From NCBI GenBank assembly GCA_965240325.2, contig OZ251232.1:1674001-1738000 (forward strand): a stretch of DNA of 64,000 bases, read 5' to 3'. The translations under genes were made by a program, and so were the position numbers. The notes beneath the pieces were generated by a model. It had not been told where the DNA came from. It was given only the letters and a program-made list of their open reading frames with translations, and ran no database searches. Below are positions 35,221 to 47,527 of this stretch, in pieces. Position 1 is the stretch's first letter; each line of letters begins with the position of its first letter. Source of the stretch: Rebecca billardiae RCC1528. Its lineage: Eukaryota > Protista > Haptophyta.

Positions 35221-35372
35221 CTTGTGCTGTCAGTCGCAGTCGTTCAAGCCGGCCATGCTGCAGACCGCGCGATTTTCCAAGCTGAAAGCAGGAAAAAAGT
35301 AAAAAAACACGACGACGCGACATTCCGCGGGTGAATGTATTTTGGCTGTTACACCGCACCTTTCTGCCGTAT

Positions 35373-36433
35373 GAGTGCACTCGAGCGAAAACGTGCCAGG
35401 CTAGGCATGCGCGGCCCAGTGCGGGCTAGGCATCGGGGGCGATGCCTAGCCCGGCCAGGCTAGGCATTCGCCCATACTGTACCCTCGCGTCTTCAGAACT
35501 TTCGGAAACGAAAGTCGCGCAAAGGCGGCCCCGGTCTTCTTTCACGGCGGCGCAAGGGGCGCGGGGGCGCTGGCTCGCGATCCGAAGGGCAGTCGCTCGC
35601 GACCTCGCTTGGGCGGCGGCAGCGGCGCTGCGGCATACTGTTTGCCACCCGCGCGGCTGTGTGCGATCGCGCGGTCCCGTTCGTCGCCACGCCGCGCGCG
35701 ACCGTTCACGGCACAGTCTTTCCGCACTGTGAGCACCCCTTGCCAGCGCACGGCGGCGGAGAGCCCAGACAGCCCGTCACGCGCGCGACGTCCTTGTGGG
35801 ATGCGATGTACCCAGGTTCTTTGGGTTCCCGGAGGCATGCGCTTGCCCACGGGGTGGGCAAGAGGATCATGGACGACTGCTGCGCTGTCCATGCCTCGTT
35901 GACCGATTGGCAGACGATGACTCATCTTGCAGCAGTAGAGAGTGGTCTGGATGCTGAACAGGCTCACCAAAACGCAGGCGCATGCTAGCATTAGGGTGAG
36001 TACATCGCATCCCACAAGGACGTCGCGCGCGTGACGGGCTGTCTGGGCTCTCCGCCGCCGTGCGCTGGCAAGGGGTGCTCACAGTGCGGAAAGACTGTGC
36101 CGTGAACGGTCGCGCGCGGCGTGGCGACGAACGGGACCGCGCGATCGCACACAGCCGCGCGGGTGGCAAACAGTATGCCGCAGCGCCGCTGCCGCCGCCC
36201 AAGCGAGGTCGCGAGCGACTGCCCTTCGGATCGCGAGCCAGCGCCCCCGCGCCCCTTGCGCCGCCGTGAAAGAAGACCGGGGCCGCCTTTGCGCGACTTT
36301 CGTTTCCGAAAGTTCTGACGACGCGAGGGTATGGGCGAATGCCTAGCCTGGCCGGGCTAGGCATCGCCCCCGATGCCTAGCCCGCACTGGGCCGCGCATG
36401 CCTAGCCTGGCACGTTTTCGCTCGAGTGCACTC
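35373..36433. mobile_element. Young foldback / long-TIR non-autonomous DNA transposon
   Basis: Near-identical inverted arms 35373-35811 and 36000-36433 with a ~190-bp spacer; flanking direct repeat CGTAT (or CCGTATG); subterminal GGCTAGGCAT repeats. Confidence 0.9.
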
Positions 36434-36506
36434 CGTATGTAACCGGTCCCGCGCCCAGTTCGGGGCCCGGTGCTGATTGGCGACTCGGGCTGAAACCACC
36501 ACCACC

Positions 36507-39500
36507 ATGGTGGCGGGCTCCGCAGCCGCGGCGGCGGCAGAGGACCAGGCCACGCCGATCGTCACGCAGGAGATCGGGCAGCTGCAGTCGCACGACGAGT
36601 TCGCCGTGACCTGCAAGCTCGTCGTCGACGAGGCGTGGGACCGCGTACGCGAGCTCGTGCGCCAGATTGTGGACGAGGAGGATGGAGTCTTCCTGTACAA
36701 GCTCACGCGGATCGCGCAGGCGTACCCCGAGGTGCTGCAGTGCGTGACGGACCGGCGCGAGACGCTGATGGCGCAGGTGGGCGAGAAGCTCGACCCCGTG
36801 CGCTCGGGCCTCGTCTTCCGCGTGCAGAAGACGCTCACCGAGCTCACCGCGCTCCAGCTCTCGCAGCGGCGCGAGCGCGAGAAGGAGCGCGCGCAGACCG
36901 ACGCGGAGCGGCTCGACATCCAGCGGCGCGCGGCGGAGGTGGACCGCGCGCACAAGCAGGTCGAGGCGGAGCGCAAGCTACGCACCGAGCTGCGCACCAA
37001 GGAGGTCGAGATCGAGACGCGCATGCTCGGCGAGCTCGACAAGGTGCGCGGCGCGCGCTCGCGGCGCGGCCCGGCCCCGCCTGCGCGCGCTGCGAAGCGC
37101 GCTGCGAGGCGCGCGCGCTGAGTGCGCCGCCGGCGCCCGGCCCCGCCCGCCCGCCCGCCCGCACGGCGCCGCGCCGCGCGCAGATCTCCGAGGAGCACGC
37201 CGAGGAGGTGCGCCAGATGATCGTGCGCAACGAGCTGCGCGAGAAAGAGTCGGCGGCGCGTGAGAAGCGGTACGTCGACCAGGTCGACGATCTGAAGGAG
37301 CGGCTGCGCAAGGCGGTGGGCGTGGCGGAGGCGAAGGACGCGGAGATCACGCAGCTGAGCCTCGAGCTCGACGCGCACAAGTCGGTCAACGAGAAGCTCG
37401 TCGAGTCCAACGAGTCCAAGGCGAAGCAGATTGAAGACACAGAGAGCCGCCTGGAGGTCGTGCGCACGTCACTCTCCGAGCAGGTGGACGCGCTGCGCTC
37501 CGAGCTCGAGACGTCGCGGCAGGAGGTGAACCAGGCGAAGAACCTGGCGAACGAGCTCGAGGCGGCCGCGCGGCGCGCCTCCTCCGAGAACGAGGCGCTC
37601 CTCGTGCGCAACCTCGAGCTCGAGGAGCAGTACCGCGTCGTGCAGCTCGAGCTCGACAAGTCGATCGGCGAGGTGAAGGACCTGCAGCGGCAGGTGAAGA
37701 AGTTCATCGGGCTGCGCGAGCAGTACGAGCAGGAGAAGACGGACGCGGTGGCGCGCGAGCAGGCCAAGGCGCGCGCCGAGCGCCACTCCCTCCTCGAGCA
37801 CCTGCGCGACAAGGTCTCCATGCTGCGCGCGACGTCGGTCAACACGACGCGCGCGGCCGTGCGGTTTGCACTCGACCAGTGCCGCAAGGAGCTCTTCGCC
37901 GAGGCGCGCGAGCGGCTGGAGGACATGCTCACGAACCACCGCGACGGGCTCGGGCCGCGCTTCGACTCGCTCAAGCTCGAGAACGCCGCGCTCCAGCGCG
38001 AGCTCGGCGCCGCGCGCGACGCGTGGCGCGGCAAGCTCGCCGAGACGAGGCGCGAGCGCGACATTGCGGAGCGCGTGGCGCGCGGCGCGCTGCGCGCGGC
38101 GGACGCGGAGATCGACGAGGCGCGGCTCGCGCTGCGGAACGCGGACCGGCGCGCGGAGGGGATGATCGCCGCCGCGCTCGCCGGCGCGCAGGCCGAGGCC
38201 GAGCGCGTCGCCGCGCGCGACGCGGCCGTGCACGCGCGGCGCGACGTCGACGACGGGATTCTACGCGCGGAGACAGAGCGCACCGAGAGGTTCTACTTCG
38301 ACGCTCGCGAGCGGCTCAAGTCGGCCAAGACGGAGGTGGCGGAGGCGAACTCGCAGATGGCGGTGCTCGTGAAGCGCAACGACCAGCTCCGCCTCGAGGC
38401 CGAGCACGCCGACGCGTGGGGCCTCGTCCGGCTCGAGTGGGTCAGGGAGGCGGCCGAGGCGGACCTCAAGAGACTCGAGGCCGAGCTTGGGCGCAACACG
38501 CGCGCGGCGCAGGCGGACTTCAAGGAGAAGGTGGCGGAGCTGCAGCGGCGCGAGGTGTACTGGACGGAGAAGTACGCGGCGCGCGAGACCGAGCTCACCG
38601 CCAAGTACGAGGACGCCGAGCTGCGCGCGACCGACGTGATGGCCGCGCAGGGCGAGCTGCGTCGCCAGCTGCGCTCCGAGTGGGAGGGCCGAATGGCAGT
38701 CTACCAGAAGCAATTGGACGTGCCGCTGATGGTGCTCGAGTCGGCGCTGGCGGACGCGGACGCGGAGTTCCCGAAGCTGCGGCTCGAGCACCGCGCCGTC
38801 GTGCGCGCCGAGCGCAAGGTCGTCGAGACCGCCAAGCAGGAGGTCGCGCTCCACGTCGAGGCGAAGCAGACCGCCGAGGCGCGGCTGAGCACGTACATGA
38901 CGTCGAACAAGTACATCATGACGCAGGAGCAGGCGGAGACGCTGTACAAGCTGAGCCGGACGGACAAGGTGGAGATGGTGGGCGAGGACGGCACGGCCGC
39001 GAGCACCACCGTCCTCGACGCCGCGCGCAACGAGGCCGAGGCCGTGCGCGCGCAGCTCGACAAGCAGCGGCTGGCGCGCATGCGCCGCGCCAAGACGGCG
39101 CAGTACGGCCTGCACCGGCGCATGCAGCAGGAGCGCATGCACTCGCGGCGCGCGGTGACCGCGGGCGGCGCGAGCGGGAGCGGCGGGCGCGGCAGGCTCG
39201 TCGGCGCCGAGGCGCCCATGCCCATGCTCGAGCACGGCGATGCGGCGCCCGTCTCGCCGGGCCCGCGCGCCATCGGCGGCCGCTCGCCGCGCGGCAGCGC
39301 TGAGGGCGCCGTCGGCGGCGGCCGCTCGGGCGGCGGGCTGGGCGGCGGGCTGGGCGGCGGGCTGGGCGGCGGGCTGGGCGGCGGGCTGGGCGGCGGGCTG
39401 GGCGGCGGGCTGGGCGGCGGGCTGGGCGGCGGGCTGGGCGGCGAGCTTGGCGCCGGCGCCGGCGCCAGCGGCATGGGCGCGATCGGCGAGGACGACGGCG

Positions 39501-41340
39501 ACGAGCCCGCGCCGGCCGGGCTGGCGCGAGGCGCGCCGCCGCGCTCGCCCTCTCGCTCTCCGCGCTCGAGCTTTGGCGAGCAGCAGCCGCCGGGCACGGC
39601 CGCGTCGGCGGGCGGCGCCTCGTCCGCGCGCACCACGCGCGAGGGCGGCCCGCGGCCCGGCCGCTCCGAGCTCGCGGTGGAGAGCCTCGCGGCCGAGGGC
39701 AGCGGCGGCTCCGACAGCGCTGCGATGCCAGAGGGACTAATCACTTCTCCGGCGCGCCGCGCCAGCCTGGGCAAGGTTGGGAGTGCGCGCGCGGCCTACG
39801 GCTTCAAGCAGCCAGAGGGCGGCGGCGGCGCGGCGGAGGGCTCCGAGCCCGGCGCGGAGCCGAAGCTGCACACGCGCTTCGGCGGCGCGCCGCTCGACAA
39901 GGAGCTCGACCCGACGGCGGTGCAGCAGCGCACGGGGAAGGTATACGCCGGCTCGCTCGTCGGCGGCGGGATGGGCTTTTATACCGCGTCTCTCTTCGAC
40001 CGGAACAAGCCGCCGCCGCGGCAGGCGGGCCGGGTGACGCGGCCCTCGCGCGAGTCGTCGGAGGACGACGAGGAGCCGCCCGACGAGCAGGAGGAGGAGC
40101 TCAACCTCGAGGACACCGACGTCGCGCGCGACCTCGCGCGCCTCCAGGTGCGGTTCAAGCGCACGCTGGCGCGCGCGATGGCTCTGGAGCAGCAGGTGTT
40201 CGCGATCGACGCCGAGCTCGAGAAGACGGCGCAGATGCACGCGGCGGCGGAGGCGCAGGTGCACGTCGAGGAGGCGAAGACGGTGGCGCTCAAGGGGCGG
40301 ATCGCCGCGCTCGAGAGCCACTTCTCCGACGAGCAGGTGCAGATGAAGAACCTCGAGAATGAGCGCAGGCTGCGCCTCGCCTCGCTAGCGCTCCAGGTGA
40401 GCGCGCGCGCACGCGGCGCGGCGCGCGCGCACGCGGCGCGGCGCGCGCGCGGCGCGGCGAGTGCGGCGCGGCGCGGCGAGTGCGGCGCGGCGTGGCGCGG
40501 CGCGGCGCGGCGTGGCGAGAGTGGCGCGGCGTGGCGAGAGTGGCGCGGCGCGCGCGCCTCCTCCTCCTCGTGTGCACGCGCGCGCGGGCGATGCGCGCGC
40601 GCGGCTCACGCGCTCGCCGCGCCGGCGCGCTCCTTCTCTGCCGTCACGTCTGCGCGCGCGCAGGCCCAGCTGCCGCCGCCGCACAACGCGCAGGCGATCC
40701 AGGAGCTGCGCGCCATTCCGGACGAGGAGCGCCGGCCGGAGGACTGGCAGGCGCTCACCGCCGAGCTGCTCTCCTCCAACCACCAGCTGCAGGAGGAGGT
40801 GCAGACACTCGAAAAGGTGTGTGTGCGGAGCGCGCATCCGCGCGCCCACGCATCGGCGCGCGTCCGCGCGTCCGCGCGTCCGCGCGTCCGCGCGAGGCCG
40901 AGCGGCGCGCGCGTGCTCACACTCGCGCCGGTGCCATCGCGTCCACCGCGCGCGCGCCCGCAGGCGACGGTCGAGCAGTCGGACCTGCTCGAGGGGCGCA
41001 TCCACGACCTCAACTCCGCCCTTGACAGACTGTACCATGTGGTGGCCGAGTCGAACCCCGAGATGATCTATCGCGCCAACGAGCTCGAGGGTTTAGTCGG
41101 CCTGCGCGACCTGCAGATTGAGAAGCTTCTCAAGCTTCTCACCAAGCAGAGGAAGCGCGTCGCCTCGGTCGGGGACGACCTGTCGCTCGCGCTCTCGCTG
41201 TTCCCCTCGCTCGCGCCCGTGCTGCAGCACGCGCGCAGGTTTCACGAGCATCGCACGGTGCTGGCACTCGAGGGGCAGGCGTTGGGTCAGGGCGGCGAGA
41301 CGGGCGGCGAAGGCGGAGGCGCGGGCGGAGCCGACGGCGA

Positions 41341-41385
<45 letters not shown>

Positions 41386-42067
41386 CGGCGGAGGCGGCGG
41401 CGGCGGCGGCGGAGGCAAGGGCGAGGTGCAGTGGCGCAAGTACGCGGCCCTGGAGGGCAACTGGGTGATGCCCGAGCGCAACCGCGAGCCGCCGTCGCTC
41501 GGCGGCCTGCACGCCGCCTCGTCCGCCATGCACCCATCCTCTGCTCTGCCCGCGCTGGGCAGCAAGGACGCACGGACGCCGACGGGGCGGCGGACCAAGT
41601 CCAAGACACCGCGCACGCCCGGCCGGCTGTCGGAGTCGGCGGGGCGCGCGGGCGCGCGCACGCCCTCGCTCGACCTCAGGCCCATCCCGGCGGGCAACGA
41701 GCTGCTGGTCCACCCGCTCGCGCCGGGACGGCCGGAGACGCCCGCGCAGTGGCTGTCGAGCGAGAACGCGTACGGCGTGGGCAACGCGCCCGCGCTCCGG
41801 CAAGGGCGGCCGCGCACGACCATCGGCCTGCACCGCTCGATGAGCGAGCACATCGCCGCGAGCAATGAGCTCACGGCGTCGCTCAAGGCCGCGCCCGACA
41901 TCCCGACGGCGCTGCTGGCGCCCATGAGTTGTGACCGTGGCTTCATCATCTCTGCGCCGACAGCGCCGCCGAGGCAAGCGGGTCGCGGGGTTGGTGGCGC
42001 GATGAGCGGCGGCGCGAGCGGGTTGGGATCGGAGCTCTCGCATCTCACCGCGAGCTCGAGCTACTAG
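36507..42067 (+). CDS. Large coiled-coil protein of unknown function; exons 36507-37043, 37184-40396, 40664-40816, 40964-42067
   Basis: Long heptad-rich E/R/A/L stretches; three phase-0 GT-AG introns; (GGGL)n and poly-Gly inserts. Confidence 0.8.
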
Positions 42068-42296
42068 ATTGATGATGGTAGATGCTGTGCGCATGACAGT
42101 GTGATGTCAAATCGATCCGCCTGCTATACGTCAATCGTCATCATCACCTCATCACGACCGTCGCCGTACAGCATTGACGATGCATCACTACTGAGTCACA
42201 CTGTCACGCGCGGCGGGCAGCGCCCAGCGGCGGTCGGCGGTGCGCCACTGCGCGGACTGCGCCGGTGCGCGCCCTCGCGAACGCCGCCGGTCCGAG

Positions 42297-43520
42297 CTAG
42301 TCCGAGACCGAGTAGTCCGACGCCCCGACGACGGCGCGCCCGCGATTACTATTAGCGCTGCTCAACATCATCAGGCGCGCGTATGACGGCTTGCGTCGCT
42401 CCCAGCAGCTAGCATTCGTTGGCGTCGGCGACCGGCAGCGCATGAGCTCCATGTAGCACGAGTACGTGTGGCGCGCGTAGTGGCCGCCTGACGCGGAGCG
42501 GGCTGCCGGCGAGCGGACACTGCGCACAGGCCCGGGCGGGAACTTCGACCAGCCCGTCTTGGCCTTGACCCCAATGTAGTCGGTGCACGTCGGCCGGTCG
42601 CGCGGGTCGGGGCATGTCGAGAGCGCGCGCGCGCCGTGCATGCACACGGTATAGTCGAAGCACTCGCTGCGCTCCCTGCACGACACCATCTGGCCGCAGC
42701 CATTCGGTCCGCGGCCGCGCAGCCAGCGCAGCCAAGGGCTTCGCTCGGCGTGTGCAGGGTATGCCTCACGGAGGTGGCGCACGGTCTCGAGCAGCGGCCC
42801 AGCGAGCTCGCGCGGGGCGATCCAGAGGAAGTCGTTCTCGCCTACGGCGTACCGCGCCGCGGAGTCCACCGGGGCGGGCGTCATCACGCAGTTCCAGTAG
42901 TAGTCCGGCCGGGTGCGCAGCACGTAGGCATAGCGCGCGCCGCGCCGCAGCTCGCGCTCCGAGCGCTCGATGCCCACGAGGCAGCCGTACCAACGGAGCC
43001 CGAGCACGGGCCGCACCGCATTTGCTCGCGAGCCGTCAGCGCACGACCTCCGCGAGCAGTTCGCCCGAGCCACCGCGGCAGCGGGCGCGGGCCGCGGCCC
43101 GGTCGCCATGAGGTGCGCGTCGCCCTGGATCAGCGCCTGCACGAGCCCGAGCGGCCTCAGCCACGAGACGAGGGCGTCCAGCTCTGCTTCCGAGTAGGCG
43201 TCTCTCTTCTGGATGCAGCCTCGCTTGCGCATCGCAAAGGTCATCGGGAGGCTCGCATTCCAGCGCACACACGGCCCGTGCGCCACGGGGGATGCGTGCA
43301 CAAACAGGTCTGCGCGCAGTGGGCTGAGTGCATGCTCCCAGTTTGCCTGCACGTGGGGATGCGACATGGTGCGCAGCTCGCCCGCCACGCACACTGCTGC
43401 CACGCGGTGCTGCACATCGGCGAACGGCTCTTCTCTGAACCACTCGAACGCCGAGGCGGAAGCTACGCTGCCGAAGGCACACAACACCCACGTCCGCGAC
43501 GGCGAGCGCGCGGCTGCCAT
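42297..43520 (-). CDS. Putative glycosyltransferase-like protein (AVCxxGxxR ... YxYVLRxRPD family); intronless
   Basis: N-terminal hydrophobic anchor, AAVCVAGELRTM, ADLFVHA, YAYVLRTRPD, NDFLWIAPR; family recalled from motif memory, function inferred. Confidence 0.55.
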   Translation of the reverse strand: MAAARSPSRTWVLCAFGSVASASAFEWFREEPFADVQHRVAAVCVAGELRTMSHPHVQANWEHALSPLRADLFVHASPVAHGPCVRWNASLPMTFAMRKRGCIQKRDAYSEAELDALVSWLRPLGLVQALIQGDAHLMATGPRPAPAAAVARANCSRRSCADGSRANAVRPVLGLRWYGCLVGIERSERELRRGARYAYVLRTRPDYYWNCVMTPAPVDSAARYAVGENDFLWIAPRELAGPLLETVRHLREAYPAHAERSPWLRWLRGRGPNGCGQMVSCRERSECFDYTVCMHGARALSTCPDPRDRPTCTDYIGVKAKTGWSKFPPGPVRSVRSPAARSASGGHYARHTYSCYMELMRCRSPTPTNASCWERRKPSYARLMMLSSANSNRGRAVVGASDYSVSD

Positions 43521-43566
43521 GCCGGTCGCATCGTCCGCGTCTCAAGTCGTCATACTGTATCTCCGT

Positions 43567-43626
43567 TAGGCGTTAATTATCTCGCCTGCCTGAGCTGTGA
43601 TGTGCGTCTCTTATTAGTAAACTGTA
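43567..43626 (+). repeat. ~60-bp micro-element, copy 4
   Basis: ATCTCGCCTGCCTGAGCTGTGATGTGCGTCTCTTATTAGTAAACTGTA. Confidence 0.8.
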
Positions 43627-44257
43627 CACACTGACAGTGTAAGCTAACTCGTCTATTTACTCGATCAGACTGTGTCACCTCGGACTGGCGGAGTCCTAAA
43701 TGATGGCCTGAGTGTGATACGTGCGCAGCGAAGCGCGACTGAACGCGACGCCGCCAGACAGCACGGACCGTTGCATGCCGGGCACCGCCCCGGCCTCACC
43801 CGGTGACGGTGCTCCGTCGGGGTCTGGCGCCTAGAAAGCGGACTGCGGTCTGCCGCCTGCGGAGCCTGGGCCTGCGAGTGAGGGCCTGCGACACGATCGA
43901 GCCTTGCCCTTGACCGTAAAATGACGAGGGATGATAATCGCCCCGTATTTGTATAATACGCTGCCCGCCCTCCCGCGGCCGCGGGGCGAAGTGAGGAAGG
44001 CAGGATAACGCTGCCACGGTCGCCCACGCGGGCGGCGTGGCGTGCTGAAGTGTACCTATGCGCTGCGCCCGTGCGACGTCCATGCCCGTCGTCCACAAGA
44101 AGGCCCGCGCCGCGCGGTCACGACACAGCCGAGTTGCCAGACAGGCACAGTGCATCGTGAGTGCATGCAGCTCTGCCCTGGCTGTCCGCGGGCAGGCTGC
44201 CGGGGCCGCCGCCCCAGGCGGCACGCGGGCGCGCGGCGCGTCCCGACGCCCCCGCGC

Positions 44258-46061
44258 TCACTCGTCGTCGTCGTCGTCGTCGTCGTCGTCCTCGTCCTCC
44301 TCGTCCGCCTCCTTGAGCCACGTGACGAAGGGCTCGGCCGCCTTCTTGACTTTTTTGCCCACGTCCTTCTTCGGGCCCTTGGGCTTCTTGTCCGCCCACT
44401 TGAGGATGGCGTCCTCCTCGATCAGGTCGTTGTCGTAGAAGGCCTTGAGCACGTGCGGCGTGCGCTTGAGCAGCTGCTCCTCGTACCGCTCGCCGCACAG
44501 CCCCTCGATGCACACGAGCAGCACCTGCTGCGCGGTCTTTGGCTTGGCGCACAGCTTCTGCAGACGCGTGAGCAACGGCTTTGAGGCCTTCACCTCGTCG
44601 TCCTTCAGCATGTCCTCCGTGAAGACGGACTCGAAGACGAAGCCGAGCAGGTCCTCGGCAGCGAGGCCCACCTCGTCCTTCAGCGCCTCCAGCGCGTTCA
44701 CCGTCTGGTCGAGCGTCTCCGCCTCCTCCATGATCGTCTCGACCTGCGCGCGCGCGCGGCGCGGCGGCGGCAGCGGCGCGCGGCGCGCCCGAGCGGTGAG
44801 GCATTTGGGAACGGGAGGCGCGCCGGCGCGCGCGTGCCGCGCGGCCGGGTGCGCCCCCCGGCTCGCGAGGCGGCCGCGCGCGCGCCGCGCGCGTCGGCTC
44901 GGCTCGGCGCAGCCGCGCGCACGCACCTTGGTCGCGATCGCCGCCCGGTCCTCCTCCAGCTGGCGCTCGAGCTCCTCCTCCTGGTCTGCCGTGGACCTCG
45001 ACAGGGACATGTCAGACAGCTGGCGCGCAGCGTCCGCCGGCTTGCCGTTGCTCGGCTTGGGCGGCGGCGCGGCCGCGGCGTCGTCGCCGTCGTCGTCACC
45101 GTCGTCGTCGCCGCCCGCCGGGTCTGCGGGCCGGTCGGTGTGCCGGTGCCGCGCGTGTCGCGCGCGCGCGTGGGCGCAGGCCGATGGATGTGAGTTGGCC
45201 GGCAGGCGAGCGCGGGCGCACGTACGCGCGAGGCCAGCATGATCGCTGCGCGCCACGGCGCACGCGCGTGCCGCGGCTCACGGCGGCGCGGCGCACGGCG
45301 GCGCCCCCGGCGCGGCGCTCGGACGCGGCGCGCACCCTCCCCGCGCGACTTGGCCGCCTTCGCCGCGCGCCGCTCCTCCTTGGACTTCTTGCCCGACTTG
45401 GCGGCGGCGGTGTCGTCCTTGATGCCGCCCTTCTCATCCGGTGGGTTCTTCAGGATGAAGGTGCACAGCTTGTGCGCCATGTCGGCCATGCTGCGGTCGC
45501 CGCACGCCTTGCAGTCGAACATGATGTTGTTCTTGCGGTCCACCTGCATCGACGTCTCCGGCAGCGTGCAGCGCGGGCACAGCACGAACTGCTTGACGAA
45601 CTTGTGCACCAGATCCTGAAGGACGCTCGTGTCGTGCGCGCCGTTCACCGTGCCCGCGCCGACCTTGGCGTCGTACTTCGAGACGGCGCCGAGCTCGACG
45701 GCGCAGTACTTGGTGAGGTACTCGGGCGGCCGCTTGAGGGAGCGCGCCACGTCGCTCGCGTTCACGATCACCGTCTTGATGCCGTTGCCGCGGCCCTCAA
45801 TCTTACCGACGACGCGGGGCATCTGCGGCCGCGACAGGCAGCGTGGGCCCACCGGCCGAGCGGCGGCGGGGCGCGTGTCGGCGGAGAGGCGCGTATGGCA
45901 CGCCGCCGCGCGCGCAGAACCGCATGGGCGCGCCGCGCCGTGGCTAGCAGTGCGCGCGCGCGGCGGCGAGAGCCTCAGGCCGGGCCGGCGCGGTTGGCGG
46001 CGCGCACCTTGTAGCGGTACGAGGGGTCATCCCCGCCGCCAATGTTGATGACCGACGCCAT
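44258..46061 (-). CDS. EIF5: Eukaryotic translation initiation factor 5; exons 46061-46008, 45822-45336, 45123-44927, 44743-44258
   Basis: [21 protein letters not shown], CxxC-CxxC zinc finger (CPRC..PET..CKACG), W2 domain [14 protein letters not shown]; three GT-AG introns restore frame. Confidence 0.95.
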
Positions 46062-46412
46062 GGCTGCTCCAGCTTGCTGGAGGTATGGCCGTCTCTCGCC
46101 TGCACCGTGCCTGCCCCGAGGGTGCGAATGGCGCCAGCGGATGAGCAACCCCCGTCGAGGGGGATGAGCGGTGGGCCGGAAGCGGACCGCGTGGCTGGCG
46201 CCACGCAGAGAAATGGCGGCGGCGGGCGGACGCAGCTTTTCATTAGGCGGGTAAACTGAATAAGAAAGTCTCAAAGCAAGTCTTGGCCGCCATCGTGGGC
46301 CTAGACGTACCACGCCCATCTTTTGTCGCGGCGCCTTGGCCCGCAAGGCGAGTGACGCGTCGCAGCTGGCGAGTTCGTTGCTCACCACCGCGAACAAGGA
46401 CGCGCGTCCGCC

Positions 46413-46802
46413 ATGGCGGGAGCCATGCGCACGCGCCAGCAGCGCCTGCCACCCGAGGTGAACCGCGCGCTGTACGTGCGCAACCTGCCGTTCAAGATCA
46501 CGGCGGATGAGATGTACGACATCTTCGGCAAGTACGGCGCGATCCGGCAGATACGGCTCGGGAACGCACCCGACACGCGTGGGACGGCATTCGTCGTGTA
46601 TGAGGACATCTACGACGCAAAGAACGCGCTCGACCATCTCTCGGGCTTCAACGTGTGCGGGCGCTACCTCGTCGTGCTCTACTACCAGCAGACTAGGATG
46701 CAGAAGAAGATGGACACAGAGGCGAAGAAGCAGGAGCTCAAGCGCGCGAGGGAACAGCTGGGGCTCGATGAGGAGGACGAGGATCCATCTGGTGCACCTT
46801 GA
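46413..46802 (+). CDS. SF3B6: Splicing factor 3B subunit 6 (p14)
   Basis: [40 protein letters not shown]...[23 protein letters not shown]. Confidence 0.97.
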   Translation: MAGAMRTRQQRLPPEVNRALYVRNLPFKITADEMYDIFGKYGAIRQIRLGNAPDTRGTAFVVYEDIYDAKNALDHLSGFNVCGRYLVVLYYQQTRMQKKMDTEAKKQELKRAREQLGLDEEDEDPSGAP

Positions 46803-46961
46803 TGGTGCACATCCGGCTGCTCTGCGGCTGGCGACCAGGGCCGGGCCTCTAGCGACCCGCGGCTGCCGCCGGCGCCTGCGGCGCCGGAGGCGGGTTCGGA
46901 GCCGTCACAGTGAGTGTCACCTCAGCGGATCTGGGAGCCCGGCGACCGACGGTGCGGCAAA

Positions 46962-46962
<1 letters not shown>

Positions 46963-47036
<74 letters not shown>

Positions 47037-47047
47037 CGCGCGCGCGC
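46963..47047. repeat. (GT)n(GA)n(GC)n compound microsatellite
   Basis: Visible directly in sequence. Confidence 0.9.
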
Positions 47048-47527
47048 TATAGAGAGTCTAGAGAGTGTAAGAGAGTCATCAGCCGTAGTGTGAGACTCAG
47101 ATGACTGAGAGTTATCAGTGATTAGTGAATATCAGAGTCACAGTGAGACGGCCCGAATAAGTCGTATATATATTGCTAACGGCGGTATATAGTTATTATT
47201 ACTCGTCCGCGAGTTATGAGTTCTGGCCAGTTCGGGAGCCGGCGGTCGCACTCAAGAGCGATGCTGAAGCCCCACGGAGCAGTGAATATATATGAAGTCA
47301 TGCTCTCTCAGTCACCGGCTGGCGGCTGCGACGTACTCGTGCGTTCGCGTACTGTTAGTCTGTCTGTAGTCCAGACCGCCGACAGCCGCCGTTTGTCGGT
47401 CGTTCGAATCACGGCGTTGGGCCGGCCCGGCTCCCGGCCCGCGCGGCCTGGACGGGTCGCGTGGGCCACACCAGCACATGCGCATGCTCACCAGTCACCA
47501 CCGTTCGACCACGCGCGACCGCGGCAA

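Noticed and set aside
39330-39445. 12-bp tandem repeat GGCGGCGGGCTG
   Set aside because: In-frame coding (GGGL)n low-complexity expansion, not a separate element
36635-42067. 1810-aa ORF as a single exon
   Set aside because: Includes read-through of two in-frame introns and an out-of-frame 5' part; replaced by the spliced model
10611-43626. Micro-element as a CRISPR repeat or known spliced leader
   Set aside because: Dispersed with no spacer array in a eukaryotic context; no match to spliced-leader sequences I know
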